Notes: generated by a model from the letters alone, not told the origin. DNA of 64,000 nt from Deltaproteobacteria bacterium (GCA_016875025.1 VGSH01000001.1:30174-94173), one strand, 5' to 3'; positions 49,894 to 60,717 are shown, numbered from the stretch's first letter. Numbers and translations: made by a program.

Positions 49894-50979
49894 ATGCATA
49901 CAGTAGATGTAGACCTAGGGCTCAGAAGCTATGATATCCATATTGATAATGGTCTGATCGGGCGCGCAGGCACTCTTTTGAGCGCTGCCATGGGCAGAAC
50001 AGCGGCTGTTATCACGAATTCGACCATAGCTCCGCTCTATCTTACCGCCTTGAAAAATTCATTGGCCGCAGCAGGGTTTAAAGTTTTCGAGATCGTTCTT
50101 CCGGATGGCGAGCAGTTTAAAACGCTCGATACCATGCATGTAATCTATGATCAACTGCTCGGATTCGGTCTTGATCGTTCCGGTTTTCTGGTCGCCCTTG
50201 GCGGCGGTGTCGTCGGCGACATGACCGGTTTTGCCGCCGCCACGTTTTTGCGCGGCATTCCGTTTGTTCAGATACCGACCACGCTGCTGGCCCAGGTCGA
50301 CAGCAGCGTGGGTGGGAAAACCGGCGTAAATCTACCGGGCGGTAAAAATATGGTCGGGGCTTTTTATCAACCTAAGGCCGTTATCATTGATCCCCTTGTT
50401 TTACAAACGCTTCCGGAGCGGGAGTTGCGCGCCGGGCTTGCCGAAGTCATCAAATACGGTGTTATCAGCGATCCCGGTTTTTTTGCGTTTCTTGAATCAA
50501 ATCTGAGGGCGATCATGCGCCTTGATACTGCTGCACTTGCGTCCGTTATTGTACGGTGCTGCTCGATCAAGGCCGATATAACCTCCCGGGACGAGCGCGA
50601 GCAGGGCGTGCGTGCCCACCTTAATTTCGGGCATACGCTCGGACATGCAGTTGAGACCCTGACCGGATATGCTGATTTTCTCCACGGTGAGGCGGTCGCG
50701 ATCGGCATGTGCGCGGCCGCGCAGCTGGCACAATCCCTCGGACTGTGCGGATCGGCTGATGTGCATCGGATCGAAGGTTTGGTTGAACGTGCGGGTCTTC
50801 CCGTTGCGGCTCCGCAGTTTCCGGCTGTCGATTATCTGCGCGTTATGCTGAAGGACAAGAAGAAAACAGGTTCAACCGTCAACTTCGTGCTGCCGCACCG
50901 TATCGGTGAGGTTGCCCTGCATCCGGTTTCGCAGGACCGGCTACGTGCGTTTCTGACCGGAAACCTGGCGATGCCTTGA
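49894..50979 (+). CDS. aroB: 3-dehydroquinate synthase
   Basis: GGGVVGDMTGFAAA glycine-rich NAD motif. The metal-binding motifs KADI and HxxGH (HTLGHAVE) are present. Confidence 0.85.
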   Translation: MHTVDVDLGLRSYDIHIDNGLIGRAGTLLSAAMGRTAAVITNSTIAPLYLTALKNSLAAAGFKVFEIVLPDGEQFKTLDTMHVIYDQLLGFGLDRSGFLVALGGGVVGDMTGFAAATFLRGIPFVQIPTTLLAQVDSSVGGKTGVNLPGGKNMVGAFYQPKAVIIDPLVLQTLPERELRAGLAEVIKYGVISDPGFFAFLESNLRAIMRLDTAALASVIVRCCSIKADITSRDEREQGVRAHLNFGHTLGHAVETLTGYADFLHGEAVAIGMCAAAQLAQSLGLCGSADVHRIEGLVERAGLPVAAPQFPAVDYLRVMLKDKKKTGSTVNFVLPHRIGEVALHPVSQDRLRAFLTGNLAMP

Positions 50980-52314
50980 CGGTTTGCGCTCAGGGCGGTC
51001 CTGCTTTGCGCGTCCGCTGACCTGCAGGCACAACGGAATGCAGTCCAGTTTAAAACGTTCCCGCAGTGAGCGCTCAAGATATTTGATATAGGCGGTGGTG
51101 AAAACCCGTGGGTGATTGGTGAACAGCTTGAACACGGGCGGTGCTGTCGAAATCTGTGCTGCGTAGTAGATTTTCGTGCGGCTGTTGCCCAGGCCGGGCG
51201 GCGGATGATGGGCGCATACCTGTTCAATCGCGCGGTTGACTTCAGGCGTCGCGATACGCAGGCTGTAGCGCCGGCCGATGTCAAGAATCATGTCAAGAAT
51301 AGTGCGTACCCGCTGTCCGGTGAGCGCGCTCAGGGCAACGACCGGGGCAAAATCGATAAACGCCAGTTTGGCGCGCACATCCCTGACGAAGTGCTCATAG
51401 GATTTGTCCTTTTTTTCAATCAGGTCCCATTTATTGATCGCCACGATACATGCCCGGTTGCGCTCGTAGATCTGCGCTGCCAGGCGGGCGTCGTAGGTCG
51501 TTACGCCGTCGCGTGCGTCGATCATCAGTATGCACAGCGCCGACCGGCTGATCGATTTGAGCGACATGAGCTCGCAGAAGCGCTCCAGCTTGTAGCCCAG
51601 GCTGCTTTTGCGCCGGATTCCGGCTGTGTCGATAAAGCGGATGGTCTGCCCGTGATAGCGCATGATCGTGTCAACCGGATCGCGGGTGGTGCCGGCCTGT
51701 TCGCTGACCATGAAGCGTTCCTGCCCGACCAGCCTGTTTATCAGCGATGATTTGCCGACATTGGGACGCCCGATTATCGAGCACACAATTTCTTCTCCAT
51801 CCTGTGACCAGGGCGTGCCTTCGGGAATGTGCGCCAGAATTGCCTCGATCAGTTCCGGAATGCCGGTCTTGTGCTTGGCAGAAATTGCATGAATGGTGTC
51901 CACGCCGATCCGGTAAAAGTCGTTTACAGCGTCTTCAATACTGCGGCCTTCAACCTTGTTGACCACATACAGCACGGGCTTGCCGGACTGCTGCAGATGG
52001 CGGGCGATATCAAGATCACTGTGCTGCAGGCCGTCGGTGCCGTCCATGAGAAACAGGATCAGGTCGGCCTCCTCAACGGCAAATACGGCCTGCTCGCGAA
52101 CCAGGCGCGCAAAGTCATCCTCTCCGGCCGGGTCGAACCCTCCGGTGTCAATCAATGTGAAAGCGTGCGAGTCCAGCGTTACTTCCGTATAATTGCGGTC
52201 GCGCGTTACGCCGGCCAGATCGTGGATGATGGCGATATTGCGGCGGGCAATCGTATTAAACAGGGTCGATTTGCCAACATTGGGTCTTCCGATAATGGCG
52301 ACGACAGGGTTCAT
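50941..52314 (-). CDS. der: ribosome-biogenesis GTPase Der (EngA), tandem GTPase domains
   Basis: Two G-domains (GRPNVGKSTLFN and GRPNVGKSSLIN) plus a C-terminal KH-like domain. Confidence 0.9.
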   Translation of the reverse strand: MNPVVAIIGRPNVGKSTLFNTIARRNIAIIHDLAGVTRDRNYTEVTLDSHAFTLIDTGGFDPAGEDDFARLVREQAVFAVEEADLILFLMDGTDGLQHSDLDIARHLQQSGKPVLYVVNKVEGRSIEDAVNDFYRIGVDTIHAISAKHKTGIPELIEAILAHIPEGTPWSQDGEEIVCSIIGRPNVGKSSLINRLVGQERFMVSEQAGTTRDPVDTIMRYHGQTIRFIDTAGIRRKSSLGYKLERFCELMSLKSISRSALCILMIDARDGVTTYDARLAAQIYERNRACIVAINKWDLIEKKDKSYEHFVRDVRAKLAFIDFAPVVALSALTGQRVRTILDMILDIGRRYSLRIATPEVNRAIEQVCAHHPPPGLGNSRTKIYYAAQISTAPPVFKLFTNHPRVFTTAYIKYLERSLRERFKLDCIPLCLQVSGRAKQDRPERKPSRHRQVSGQKRT

Positions 52315-53036
52315 GGCTGAGTGCTCTCCAGAAGTTTCAGGGCCTCACGGGCAGCCTGCTGCTCGGCTGTTTTCTTGTTGCCGCCATGCCCCGTACCGCA
52401 GGGCTGATTATTGATCATGACCCGGACGCCAAAGGATTTATAGTGATCAGGGCCCTGCTCGGAAATAATTTCATACACCGGGGTGTCGTTGAATAATTTC
52501 TGTACCAGTTCCTGCAGGCGGCTTTTATAGTCGCGGCTGTAGCCCCGCCGGCGGGCGGCTTCATCGATCAGCGGTTTGAAATGGTCGCTGATCATGCGGA
52601 ATACGGCATCGTAGCCGCCGTCAAAATATACTGCCGCAGTCAGGGCTTCGTAGGCGTTGGCCAGTATTGACTTCTTCTCACGTCCGCGGTTTTCCTGTTC
52701 GCCGCGGCTCAGGCGCAGGCAGTCGCTCAGGGCGTAACTGCGCGATATGGCAGCCAGGGAGTCGGTGTTGACGATTGAGGCCCGCATTTTTGACAGGCGG
52801 CCCTCAGGGCTGTCCTGGGCCTGTTCCATCAGTATATGGCTGATTACGAGCTCAATGACCGCGTCACCGAGGAATTCAAGGCGCTCATTGCCGCAGTGCT
52901 CTTCGAGCTGCTGCTCATTGGCATATGATTTATGCATCAGCGCCAGCTGCAGCAGGGAAATATCGCGGAATTGATATCCAATGCGCTGCTGAAGTTCATC
53001 CAGGCTGGCGTTTTCAGCCGGAGCTGTTGTATCCAT
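52311..53036 (-). CDS. rnc: ribonuclease III
   Basis: RNase III signature ERLEFLGDAV and a C-terminal dsRBD. 4-nt overlap with der. Confidence 0.9.
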   Translation of the reverse strand: MDTTAPAENASLDELQQRIGYQFRDISLLQLALMHKSYANEQQLEEHCGNERLEFLGDAVIELVISHILMEQAQDSPEGRLSKMRASIVNTDSLAAISRSYALSDCLRLSRGEQENRGREKKSILANAYEALTAAVYFDGGYDAVFRMISDHFKPLIDEAARRRGYSRDYKSRLQELVQKLFNDTPVYEIISEQGPDHYKSFGVRVMINNQPCGTGHGGNKKTAEQQAAREALKLLESTQP

Positions 53037-53274
53037 GTCAGTGTATCCGTTACGCGGCACAGTCAGGCGCGCCGAAGCACGTGTATGAAAAAATGAAAGA
53101 ATAATAACAGATTATAATGCAAAACACAACGCGGGGCTGATATCGGCAGCATGCTGGAGCCTTTTACTTTTTCGGGTCTTCTGACTTTGTTGTACATAAG
53201 AAGTTGAGTGTATATTGATACACTATAGCTAAAAGATCTTTGCGGCGTGACATGTTTTGAGGATGTCCACCAAA

Positions 53275-53348
53275 ATCGCTATCGCTATCGGGATCGCAAT
53301 CGAAGTTTTTGGAAAATCCGATCCCGACCCCGATAGCGATAGAGCGCA
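53275..53348. repeat. approximately 25-bp-arm inverted repeat (hairpin) in the rnc upstream / 53449-gene downstream intergenic region
   Basis: cgctatcgctatcgggatcgcaatcg ... cgatcccgaccccgatagcgatagagcg, with a 16-nt loop. On the minus strand the stem is followed by TTTTGG. Confidence 0.5.
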
Positions 53349-53448
53349 GGGCAGGTGCTGCTCTCTTTGCCAAAGGGGGATTGAAAAGCATCCTGCATGC
53401 GGCACTACGACAGCTCTCCGCGGCAGATGGGCCTTTTTCAACAGCCTG

Positions 53449-54318
53449 TTAGTGGGCAGCTGAATATGCCCTGATAAAGGCATGGATTTTTTCCTGCAGC
53501 ATTTCTTCGGCCGAGAGTACCTGCTCGTATGAGCTGAATTCCGATTCGAGGCTTACCAGTATTTTGTCAAAGCGGGACTCGGGTACGCCCCAGCGGGCGC
53601 AATAGTCAATGCGGGCGATAGCGTATTCGGAAGCCGAGAAATAATATTTACCCAGCCGGTTTTCTGCAGCCTTGAACTGCCAGTGTTCTTTCAGGCTGAA
53701 AAAATCATGCAGGATATGGCGCAGCTCCGGCTGCGACAGGCGCGCGGGTTTGATGCTCTCACCCAGCGCGTTTTCAACATGTCGGAAAAATTCCTTTACC
53801 AGGTCGATGTCGGTGATGACCAGCCCGAAGAGATACCAGTCCTGCACGGCGGAAACTACGGCAAGCTGCTCCGGCGTGGTGAGGCAGCCGTATCCGGGGC
53901 AGAAATGCTCATGGCATATTTTTGCGCCGTAAAAACAGTGGTTGCGAAGTGCAGGTATGCCGGTAACCGAAGGATGCAGCAGGCATCCGACCCGGCGGCG
54001 CTCCCGGTCGACGAAACCGACAAATTCGCAGTTATAGATGGTTTCAAAGAGTTTAGTGTTATTGATGCGCTGATCGCGCCGGAGCCGGTACTCATCAAGA
54101 TTGTCGTATGAGTCAAGCGCTGAAAAGAGATCGGTCTGCATGCTGACAATGCCGGTGATGGCGGTACGCGAGTGGTCCTGCCAGTTATACAGCCCGCAGC
54201 AGGCCGCGCACGACTTCATTGTGTCCGGCTGGCACAGGTCAACCGGGTGAAAGGGCAGGGAGCCCGGACGGTCTGCGGAGCAACGGCTGGCGTCGAGTGG
54301 TTGTTTGTCAACTGGCAT
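53449..54318 (-). CDS. Cys-rich hypothetical protein
   Basis: About 290-aa ORF with CAACCG and CFYGAKICHEHFCPGYGC clusters. No family recognised. Confidence 0.35.
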   Translation of the reverse strand: MPVDKQPLDASRCSADRPGSLPFHPVDLCQPDTMKSCAACCGLYNWQDHSRTAITGIVSMQTDLFSALDSYDNLDEYRLRRDQRINNTKLFETIYNCEFVGFVDRERRRVGCLLHPSVTGIPALRNHCFYGAKICHEHFCPGYGCLTTPEQLAVVSAVQDWYLFGLVITDIDLVKEFFRHVENALGESIKPARLSQPELRHILHDFFSLKEHWQFKAAENRLGKYYFSASEYAIARIDYCARWGVPESRFDKILVSLESEFSSYEQVLSAEEMLQEKIHAFIRAYSAAH

Positions 54319-54325
54319 TACAGGT

Positions 54326-55189
54326 TCATTCAAAAAGCGCAAGCAGACTGAGCGGATCAACAGGTGTATCGTACAAGCGCATGCCCCAGTGAAGATGCGG
54401 GCCCGTGGATCGGCCGGTTGATCCTACCCGGCCGATTATCTCTCCCTGTGTCACGCTCTGACCGTTCTGTACATCGATTGTATCAAGGTGAAAATACATG
54501 CTGAACATGGCATGGCCGTGGTCGATGTAAACTGATTTGCCGGCGAAAAAATGCTCGCCGGTCAGGCACACGATTCCAGCCGATGCGGCCCTGACCGGTG
54601 TGCCGGCAGGAGCGGCTATATCGATGCCTGAATGCGGATTGCGGGGCTGTTTGTTGATAAAGCGACGCACTCCGAACGGGGTTGAAATACGACCCTGCAC
54701 GGGCTGCAGAAACGCATCAGACCACAGGCGCCGGGGCTGCGAGGCGGCAAACATGGCCTCGACCTGAGCGCGCTCGCGGTTGTGCCGTTCAAGATCGTTC
54801 GCGCTCAGGGTGACTTTGGATTCATCAAGGGTAATATGCTGCTCGGGAAATTTTTTTGCAATGATCTCAAAGGACACCTCGCGTGCGGCAGTTATGCCTT
54901 CAGCATTTTTGACGCTAACGCTCAAGCGCTGCGCACCCGGTGCATGGTCCATATCAATCGGCACAAACCCGAAGGCGCGGCCGGAAGCATCAGTGAAAAG
55001 CGGGAAAGTCCTGCTGTTCCATGAGCATGAGGTTCCTGCCGCTTCAGGGTATACGAGCGAAATCATGACAACCGAGCCCTGCTCGACTCTTTCAGGCTGT
55101 ACGCTGATGCTGATACCGTTATTTTGTTCCGGCTGCGAAGCTGCGTTAAATGGCTGAAGGAAAAACGCTGCAGCAGCACACAGCGCCAT
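54326..55189 (-). CDS. M23-family metallopeptidase (LytM-like) with a signal peptide
   Basis: HSGIDIAAPAGTPV and GSTGRSTGPHLHW zinc-ligand motifs. Confidence 0.8.
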   Translation of the reverse strand: MALCAAAAFFLQPFNAASQPEQNNGISISVQPERVEQGSVVMISLVYPEAAGTSCSWNSRTFPLFTDASGRAFGFVPIDMDHAPGAQRLSVSVKNAEGITAAREVSFEIIAKKFPEQHITLDESKVTLSANDLERHNRERAQVEAMFAASQPRRLWSDAFLQPVQGRISTPFGVRRFINKQPRNPHSGIDIAAPAGTPVRAASAGIVCLTGEHFFAGKSVYIDHGHAMFSMYFHLDTIDVQNGQSVTQGEIIGRVGSTGRSTGPHLHWGMRLYDTPVDPLSLLALFE

Positions 55190-55293
55190 AACTATATGTC
55201 CTGATCGTTGTATGCCAGCCGGTTTTTGTGATTGCATGTATGGCCCTGAATATGTAATGTTTTTTATTGGTATTAGTTTGTAAATTATTGATT

Positions 55294-56013
55294 TTACAAT
55301 TTAATTTCGATTAAATCATGTGCGGCATGTATGCATCCCCTGAACTTTTTTGCAGCTCCGGGCACAGCCTGCTGCGGATCACAGTCCGGATAGAAATGCG
55401 TCAGTACAAGCTGCCTGCAGCCGGCCTCAGCGGCGATTTTGCCTGCCCGCTCCGGAGTAAGGTGGCCTTCGTGATACTGATCGTCCGGAAATGAGCACTC
55501 CAGTATGAGCACATCGCATCCAACGGCAAGATCGATTATTTCCCGGCAGTAGTCTGTGTCGCCCGAATAGACCATGCTTTTCCCGCTGCTGTCTGCAAGC
55601 CGGAAGGCGATACTGTGCGGGGTGTGCCGAACCGGGGCTGCGGTAATGGTAAGGGAACCGAATACAGCGGGCCGGCCTGCGTCGAGCCAGACAAGCGTGC
55701 AGTTCTCAGGCACGATCCAGTCGCCATAGGCATACGTGAGCCGGTCGTAGAAATCGCGGAAACCCGGCGCTGCCATGATTGCAAGGTCGCGTGTGCGCGG
55801 GAGCGGGGCGTATTTTGAAGCAAACAGCAGCGGCACGAAATCAGCCGTATGGTCGACGTGCAGGTGCGTGTAGCACACGAGATCTATATCGTTGATCTCC
55901 GTTTCAGCACGCATCAGCTGGCGCAGGCTGCCCGGACCGCTGTCAAGCAGAACGGTTGTTGTGCCATCGGTGACTTTAATGCACGCCGAAGACCGTTCCA
56001 GGCTGGGCACGCA
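55294..56013 (-). CDS. MBL-fold metallo-hydrolase
   Basis: HLHVDH (HxHxDH) motif. MHITILGSGT start. Confidence 0.65.
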   Translation of the reverse strand, partial: CVPSLERSSACIKVTDGTTTVLLDSGPGSLRQLMRAETEINDIDLVCYTHLHVDHTADFVPLLFASKYAPLPRTRDLAIMAAPGFRDFYDRLTYAYGDWIVPENCTLVWLDAGRPAVFGSLTITAAPVRHTPHSIAFRLADSSGKSMVYSGDTDYCREIIDLAVGCDVLILECSFPDDQYHEGHLTPERAGKIAAEAGCRQLVLTHFYPDCDPQQAVPGAAKKFRGCIHAAHDLIEIKL

Positions 56014-56113
56014 GGTTCCGGAGCCGAGTATGGTAATGTGCATGGCCGATGGCAATGGGTCGTGAAATTGTTCGCATCCCGGCGCGTGCGGCGGCCCCGG
56101 TGGCAACATGGGC

Positions 56114-57319
56114 CTATATGCCGTTGATAAACCGGTCCATAAGGGTCCAGCCCTGCTCAATCAGAAGTCCGCAAGCACGGGCGTCGGCCTCGCAATAGGT
56201 CTGTTTTTGCGGGTGCTCAGGGGCACAGGCGCTGTCGTAGAGTACAAACGGCACCGGATCGCTCGAGTGTGTTTTCAGGCACAGGGGCGTCGGGTGATCA
56301 GGCAGCAGCAGAATCCTGAACGGTTCTCCCGCTGTGCGCAGGCCATCAACAACCTGTTGCACGATTTTCGTATCAAAATCCTCTATGGCCTGTATCTTCT
56401 CCGGGAAACTTCCCTTGTGCCCGGCTTCATCCGGGGCTTCGACATGCAGGTATACGAAGTCCTGCTCTTTGAGAGCTCCAAGGGCGGCTGCGACCTTGCC
56501 GGCGTAATTCGTGTCAAGATAGCCGGTCGCGCCGGGCACGTTGATTGAGTGCAGGCCCGCGCTGATGCCCAGTCCCTTGATCAGATCAACCGCCGAAATA
56601 ACGCTGCCGCTGAGGCCGTATTTTTCTCGGAATGAGGGCAGTGTGACAGCTGTTCCCTGACCCCACAGCCAGATCGAGCTGACCGGCTTTTTGCCCTGCG
56701 CTATGCGCTCCCGGTTCAGCGGATGGTTTTCAAACAGCCGCCGGCTGCGCAGCATTGCTTCACGGACGGGCTCCGCGCCCGGGCCTGCGGGCATATAGGC
56801 CTCAATCGCGCGGCCGGTAATGTCATGCGGTGCGCTGGTTTTAATCCGCGGATCGGCGCCTTTCCAGACCATAAGGTGTCTATAGCTGATGCCGGGGTGC
56901 AGTTTGCATGCATCGCTGTCCAGCTCACTTTTAAGCGCGGCAATGAAGCGGTGCGCCTCCGCGGTGGTGATATGCCCGGCGCTGTAGTCATCAATTGAAG
57001 CCTCAGGCCCGTTCCCAGCAAGGCTCACAAGATTGCAGCGGAAGGCAATGTCGCCCGCATCCAGGCTGACACCCATGCTGACAGCCTCGATCGGCGCGCG
57101 GCCCGTGTAGTGCAGCCTGGGGTCATAGCCCAGGACGCACATGTTGGCAACATCGCTTCCCGGTTCAAAGCCTTCGGGAATCGTGCAGACCATGCCCAGC
57201 GTGCCGCTTCCGGCAAGATAATCCATGCAGGGCGTCCGGCTGATCTGCAGCGGGGTTTTGCCTGCATGGTCGTCAAGCGGGCGATCGGCCATGCCGTCGC
57301 CCAGCAGCACTATGTATTT
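56114..57319 (-). CDS. apgM: 2,3-bisphosphoglycerate-independent phosphoglycerate mutase, archaeal-type (ApgM family)
   Basis: MKYIVLLGDGMADRP N-terminus. The metalloenzyme domain is family-typical. Confidence 0.75.
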   Translation of the reverse strand, partial: KYIVLLGDGMADRPLDDHAGKTPLQISRTPCMDYLAGSGTLGMVCTIPEGFEPGSDVANMCVLGYDPRLHYTGRAPIEAVSMGVSLDAGDIAFRCNLVSLAGNGPEASIDDYSAGHITTAEAHRFIAALKSELDSDACKLHPGISYRHLMVWKGADPRIKTSAPHDITGRAIEAYMPAGPGAEPVREAMLRSRRLFENHPLNRERIAQGKKPVSSIWLWGQGTAVTLPSFREKYGLSGSVISAVDLIKGLGISAGLHSINVPGATGYLDTNYAGKVAAALGALKEQDFVYLHVEAPDEAGHKGSFPEKIQAIEDFDTKIVQQVVDGLRTAGEPFRILLLPDHPTPLCLKTHSSDPVPFVLYDSACAPEHPQKQTYCEADARACGLLIEQGWTLMDRFINGI

Positions 57320-57443
57320 CATACCGGTCCCATTCTGTTTACGGACTTTTTGCGTCGTTGGCGCAGTATACCACAGTCGATGCAATGAAGACGAGGGGAA
57401 TAATATTCACGGAGGCTGCGGCAGGCAAGAGCCAGCACATTGT

Positions 57444-58667
57444 TTACGGGGCCACTATTTTTGAATATTCGGGGAACTGTTTTTCTAATACTGGTGTCAG
57501 ACCTGATGCAATTATTCTTGCGACAATATCGGATCCAATGTTTGTAAAATGGATAAAATCATAAAAGTATGCTGAACGCTTCGGCATTTCGTGTGCCAGG
57601 TCTATAAGGGCTATTTTTTCTTCTTTGGAAACTTCTCGGGTAACGTCATTAAGAATTTCAAGAATTCTCCATTGTGTCAGTCCGTTGTTTCCGTTGCAGG
57701 CAATGTTGTTCATATCGATCCCTGTGTCGGGATCAATTCCGCTGCCATAGAGAGCGGGTTGTGTAATGAGCACCGGATAAATCCCGGCATCTTTCGTTAA
57801 TTTTATCAAACGTAAAAGTCGTGAGCGAAATCCGGGGACGACCTCGTTGCTGAAAATCTTTATTTTTTTATCCGATTCAACATCCGGCTCGGTTCTATAT
57901 GCAAGGGTGGAGAAGTCAATGCATCTGTGCTGCAGGCCCTGCTGCCTGGCTTTGATGGTTCTATAAAGGTTGAGGATGCCTGCGGTCAGGTGGCTTTGTT
58001 CGGCGACATGCACGGATAGATAATACAGTGCATTCAATGCCCTGCGGAACTCTCCGCGTATGGCCCACCGTACCGTTTCGGTTGAGCATGCCGCAATGGT
58101 TTTAAAGGTGTTTTTTTTGAGCAAGGACTGATCGTGAAAGTAAGCGGAGTAAGGATCCGTATCATTTACGCCGATCATGAAAAGCACAACTTTTGGCCTG
58201 AGCCGGGCGATGTTGTTTTGCATGAGCAGGTAATGTCCATGGGTGCTGTGACCGTCGAGCCCGGCATTGTTGATCCATACGTTCCGGAACAAAGGTTTTA
58301 ATTTTTCTCCGGTCAGGTGCGGCCAGTCATGCTGGTCGGACAGCATGAGACATTCCGTGGTGCTTCCTCCGATGGCGAACAATGAAAGCAGATTATCAAA
58401 GTCAGAAGGCGTGTCAGGGCCGCGAAATCCGAGCGAATTTTTGGTGTGTATAATTTTGCTTTCAAGCTTGTTGAACGAGGTGTCGTCATTGTGAAATGTG
58501 TAGCGTTTATGTACCGGCAGTATGATTGTATTGCCTTTAACCCGGAAGCCAAACGGGTCGTACACGCGCAACAGTATCTCCAGCAGTAAAATGCAAACGA
58601 GAAAGCTGACAGCCAGAAGCAGGATGTTGCCAAATGTGTGTTTTTTTACAGCAGTGTGCGGTCGCAT
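57444..58667 (-). CDS. membrane-anchored SGNH/GDSL-like hydrolase
   Basis: N-terminal TM segment. FAIGGSTT (block I), MIGVNDTD (block III) and DFIHFT (block V D-x-x-H). GC content lower than the flanking DNA. Confidence 0.5.
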   Translation of the reverse strand: MRPHTAVKKHTFGNILLLAVSFLVCILLLEILLRVYDPFGFRVKGNTIILPVHKRYTFHNDDTSFNKLESKIIHTKNSLGFRGPDTPSDFDNLLSLFAIGGSTTECLMLSDQHDWPHLTGEKLKPLFRNVWINNAGLDGHSTHGHYLLMQNNIARLRPKVVLFMIGVNDTDPYSAYFHDQSLLKKNTFKTIAACSTETVRWAIRGEFRRALNALYYLSVHVAEQSHLTAGILNLYRTIKARQQGLQHRCIDFSTLAYRTEPDVESDKKIKIFSNEVVPGFRSRLLRLIKLTKDAGIYPVLITQPALYGSGIDPDTGIDMNNIACNGNNGLTQWRILEILNDVTREVSKEEKIALIDLAHEMPKRSAYFYDFIHFTNIGSDIVARIIASGLTPVLEKQFPEYSKIVAP

Positions 58668-58946
58668 TTTGCTTTTTTGATGGGGAAAGGTGTTTTCCAT
58701 TTTTCGTCTCGAATATAGGCCGGGGGTGTCAGGGGTGTCAAGGATATTGTGCTCCGGGCCTGTCAGGTTGAAAGCTTTTCAGTGGGCTGTTTTGCGGACA
58801 GCCGCATGAAAAAGATTTGACATCCTGATGAAGGAAAAGTAGAAGAAAGGTCTGTTGTAGGAGTTTTTAAACCGTGCTGTGTGCAGGACTCGGTTTTTTT
58901 TTCTGCAGCACAATAAAAATTTTTATATCGGAAGAGCAGGGCACCT

Positions 58947-60302
58947 ATGGGTTTGAAGCGTCAGATAGGTCTGGGAACCGCGGTGCTGGTCATTGTAGCC
59001 GATATGATCGGCACCGGCGTATTTATGACTACCGGCAACGTTCTGGGCATGACCGGCAGCGCTCCGGTTGTCATGGCGCTGTGGATTGTCGGCGGCTGCA
59101 TTGCCGTTGCCGGCGCTCTGTGCTATGCCGAGCTTGCCACCACATGGCCGGATGTGGGCGGCGAGTATGTGTACCTGAAAAAAATATTTGGCTTCCTGCC
59201 CGCATTTCTCACCGGCTGGGTTTCGCTCGTTGTGGGGTTTGCGGCTCCGGTGGCGACAGGCTCCCTACTGCTGGTGCAGTACATCAACCGTTTTTTCCAT
59301 TCTGTTTCCGGTACTTCCGGTGAAATGATGCTGCTTGATGATGTCTGGTTTCAAAAGACAGCCGCTGTTATGGTTATTGTTTTTTTCGGCAGTCTGCATA
59401 TTGTCGGTGTTAAAAAGGGCAGCTATGTTCAGAACGCCCTTACCATCGTCAAAATCATGATTGTCGCGGCAATAATCGGCCTGGGCCTGCTTGCGGCTGA
59501 TTTCGGCACTATCGGCCGCCTTGCTGCGACGTATCCCATTGCAGATACCGGAGCATCGGGTTTTGCTGTCATGGGCCTGGCCCTGCTTGTTGTTATGTTC
59601 GCCTACTCGGGGTGGAATGGTGCCAGCTACATTGCCGGTGAGATCCGTAACCCGGAGCGCAATCTTCCCCGGGCCATGCTCCGGGGCACGCTGTTGACCA
59701 TGTGCCTGTATCTGCTGCTTAATTTTGTTTTCCTGCTGGCTGCGCCCGGCGAGGCGCTTATGGGCAAAGATGAAGTCGCTGCTATTGCCGCCGGCTTTCT
59801 CTTTGCGCCGGCGGTAAGCAATTTTCTTACCCTCGGGATCGCCATTATCCTGCTGTCGGCTGTGTCGGTTCAGATGATGATCGGTCCGCGGGTCTGCTAC
59901 GCCATGGCTCAGGATCGCATGCTTTTTCACTGGCTGGCGGCCCTGCACCCGCGCTATGGCACGCCCTGGCTTGCCATCTGTGTTCAGATGGGGCTTGCGA
60001 TCGTCTATGTGCTCCTGGGATCGGCTATGACGCTGGTAATATATATGGGCTTTGCCCTGAGTGTGTTCCCGGTGGTGGCTGTCATCGGCATGATGTATAT
60101 GCGCTTCAAGCAGCCCGGCCTGCGGCGTCCGTATCGCGTTCCCCTGTACCCGTATGTGCCGCTGCTCTACATCGGCCTGTCGGTGACGATGATGACAGCC
60201 GCGCTCATGACCTGGACGAGCACGTCGCTGTTCTCTATCGGAGTGCTGCTGGCGGGCATCCCGGTGTACTATGTGTGGCGCTTATTCGTGAAGCGTGATT
60301 AG
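58947..60302 (+). CDS. APC-superfamily amino acid permease
   Basis: 12-TM permease with an APC-typical N-terminus (GLGTAVLVIVADMIGTGVF). Confidence 0.8.
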   Translation: MGLKRQIGLGTAVLVIVADMIGTGVFMTTGNVLGMTGSAPVVMALWIVGGCIAVAGALCYAELATTWPDVGGEYVYLKKIFGFLPAFLTGWVSLVVGFAAPVATGSLLLVQYINRFFHSVSGTSGEMMLLDDVWFQKTAAVMVIVFFGSLHIVGVKKGSYVQNALTIVKIMIVAAIIGLGLLAADFGTIGRLAATYPIADTGASGFAVMGLALLVVMFAYSGWNGASYIAGEIRNPERNLPRAMLRGTLLTMCLYLLLNFVFLLAAPGEALMGKDEVAAIAAGFLFAPAVSNFLTLGIAIILLSAVSVQMMIGPRVCYAMAQDRMLFHWLAALHPRYGTPWLAICVQMGLAIVYVLLGSAMTLVIYMGFALSVFPVVAVIGMMYMRFKQPGLRRPYRVPLYPYVPLLYIGLSVTMMTAALMTWTSTSLFSIGVLLAGIPVYYVWRLFVKRD

Positions 60303-60717
60303 CTTACAAGCCCGTTAATGTCAAAAGACGGCGGACATGTTCCTGCAACGTATCTATCGCAAATTATCAGGTTGTTGAAAAAGTCATTTCAAACAGGCTG
60401 TTCAAAAAGGACCGGACGCAACGCCGCAGATGGGCCTTTTTCAACAGCCGTTATAAGTTATGGGCGGTAGGGGCAGGGTATGCCGTGCCCCTGCTGTATG
60501 CCGCAGTAATGAATGACGCGCACAATGCGGCAGGCAGGCAGGCATTTTTCAAAAGCCTTTTAAATTTCATATACCTGCCGGACACATCTTTCATACTGCA
60601 TGCTTTTTTCTTTGACAGCCGCGAAACCCGGGTCTATAGTCTTCGCAAATCGGCACAACATCAATATATCGTCAAATAACGGACACAAAATATCTATTGG
60701 TAAACAACCGTATTCGT

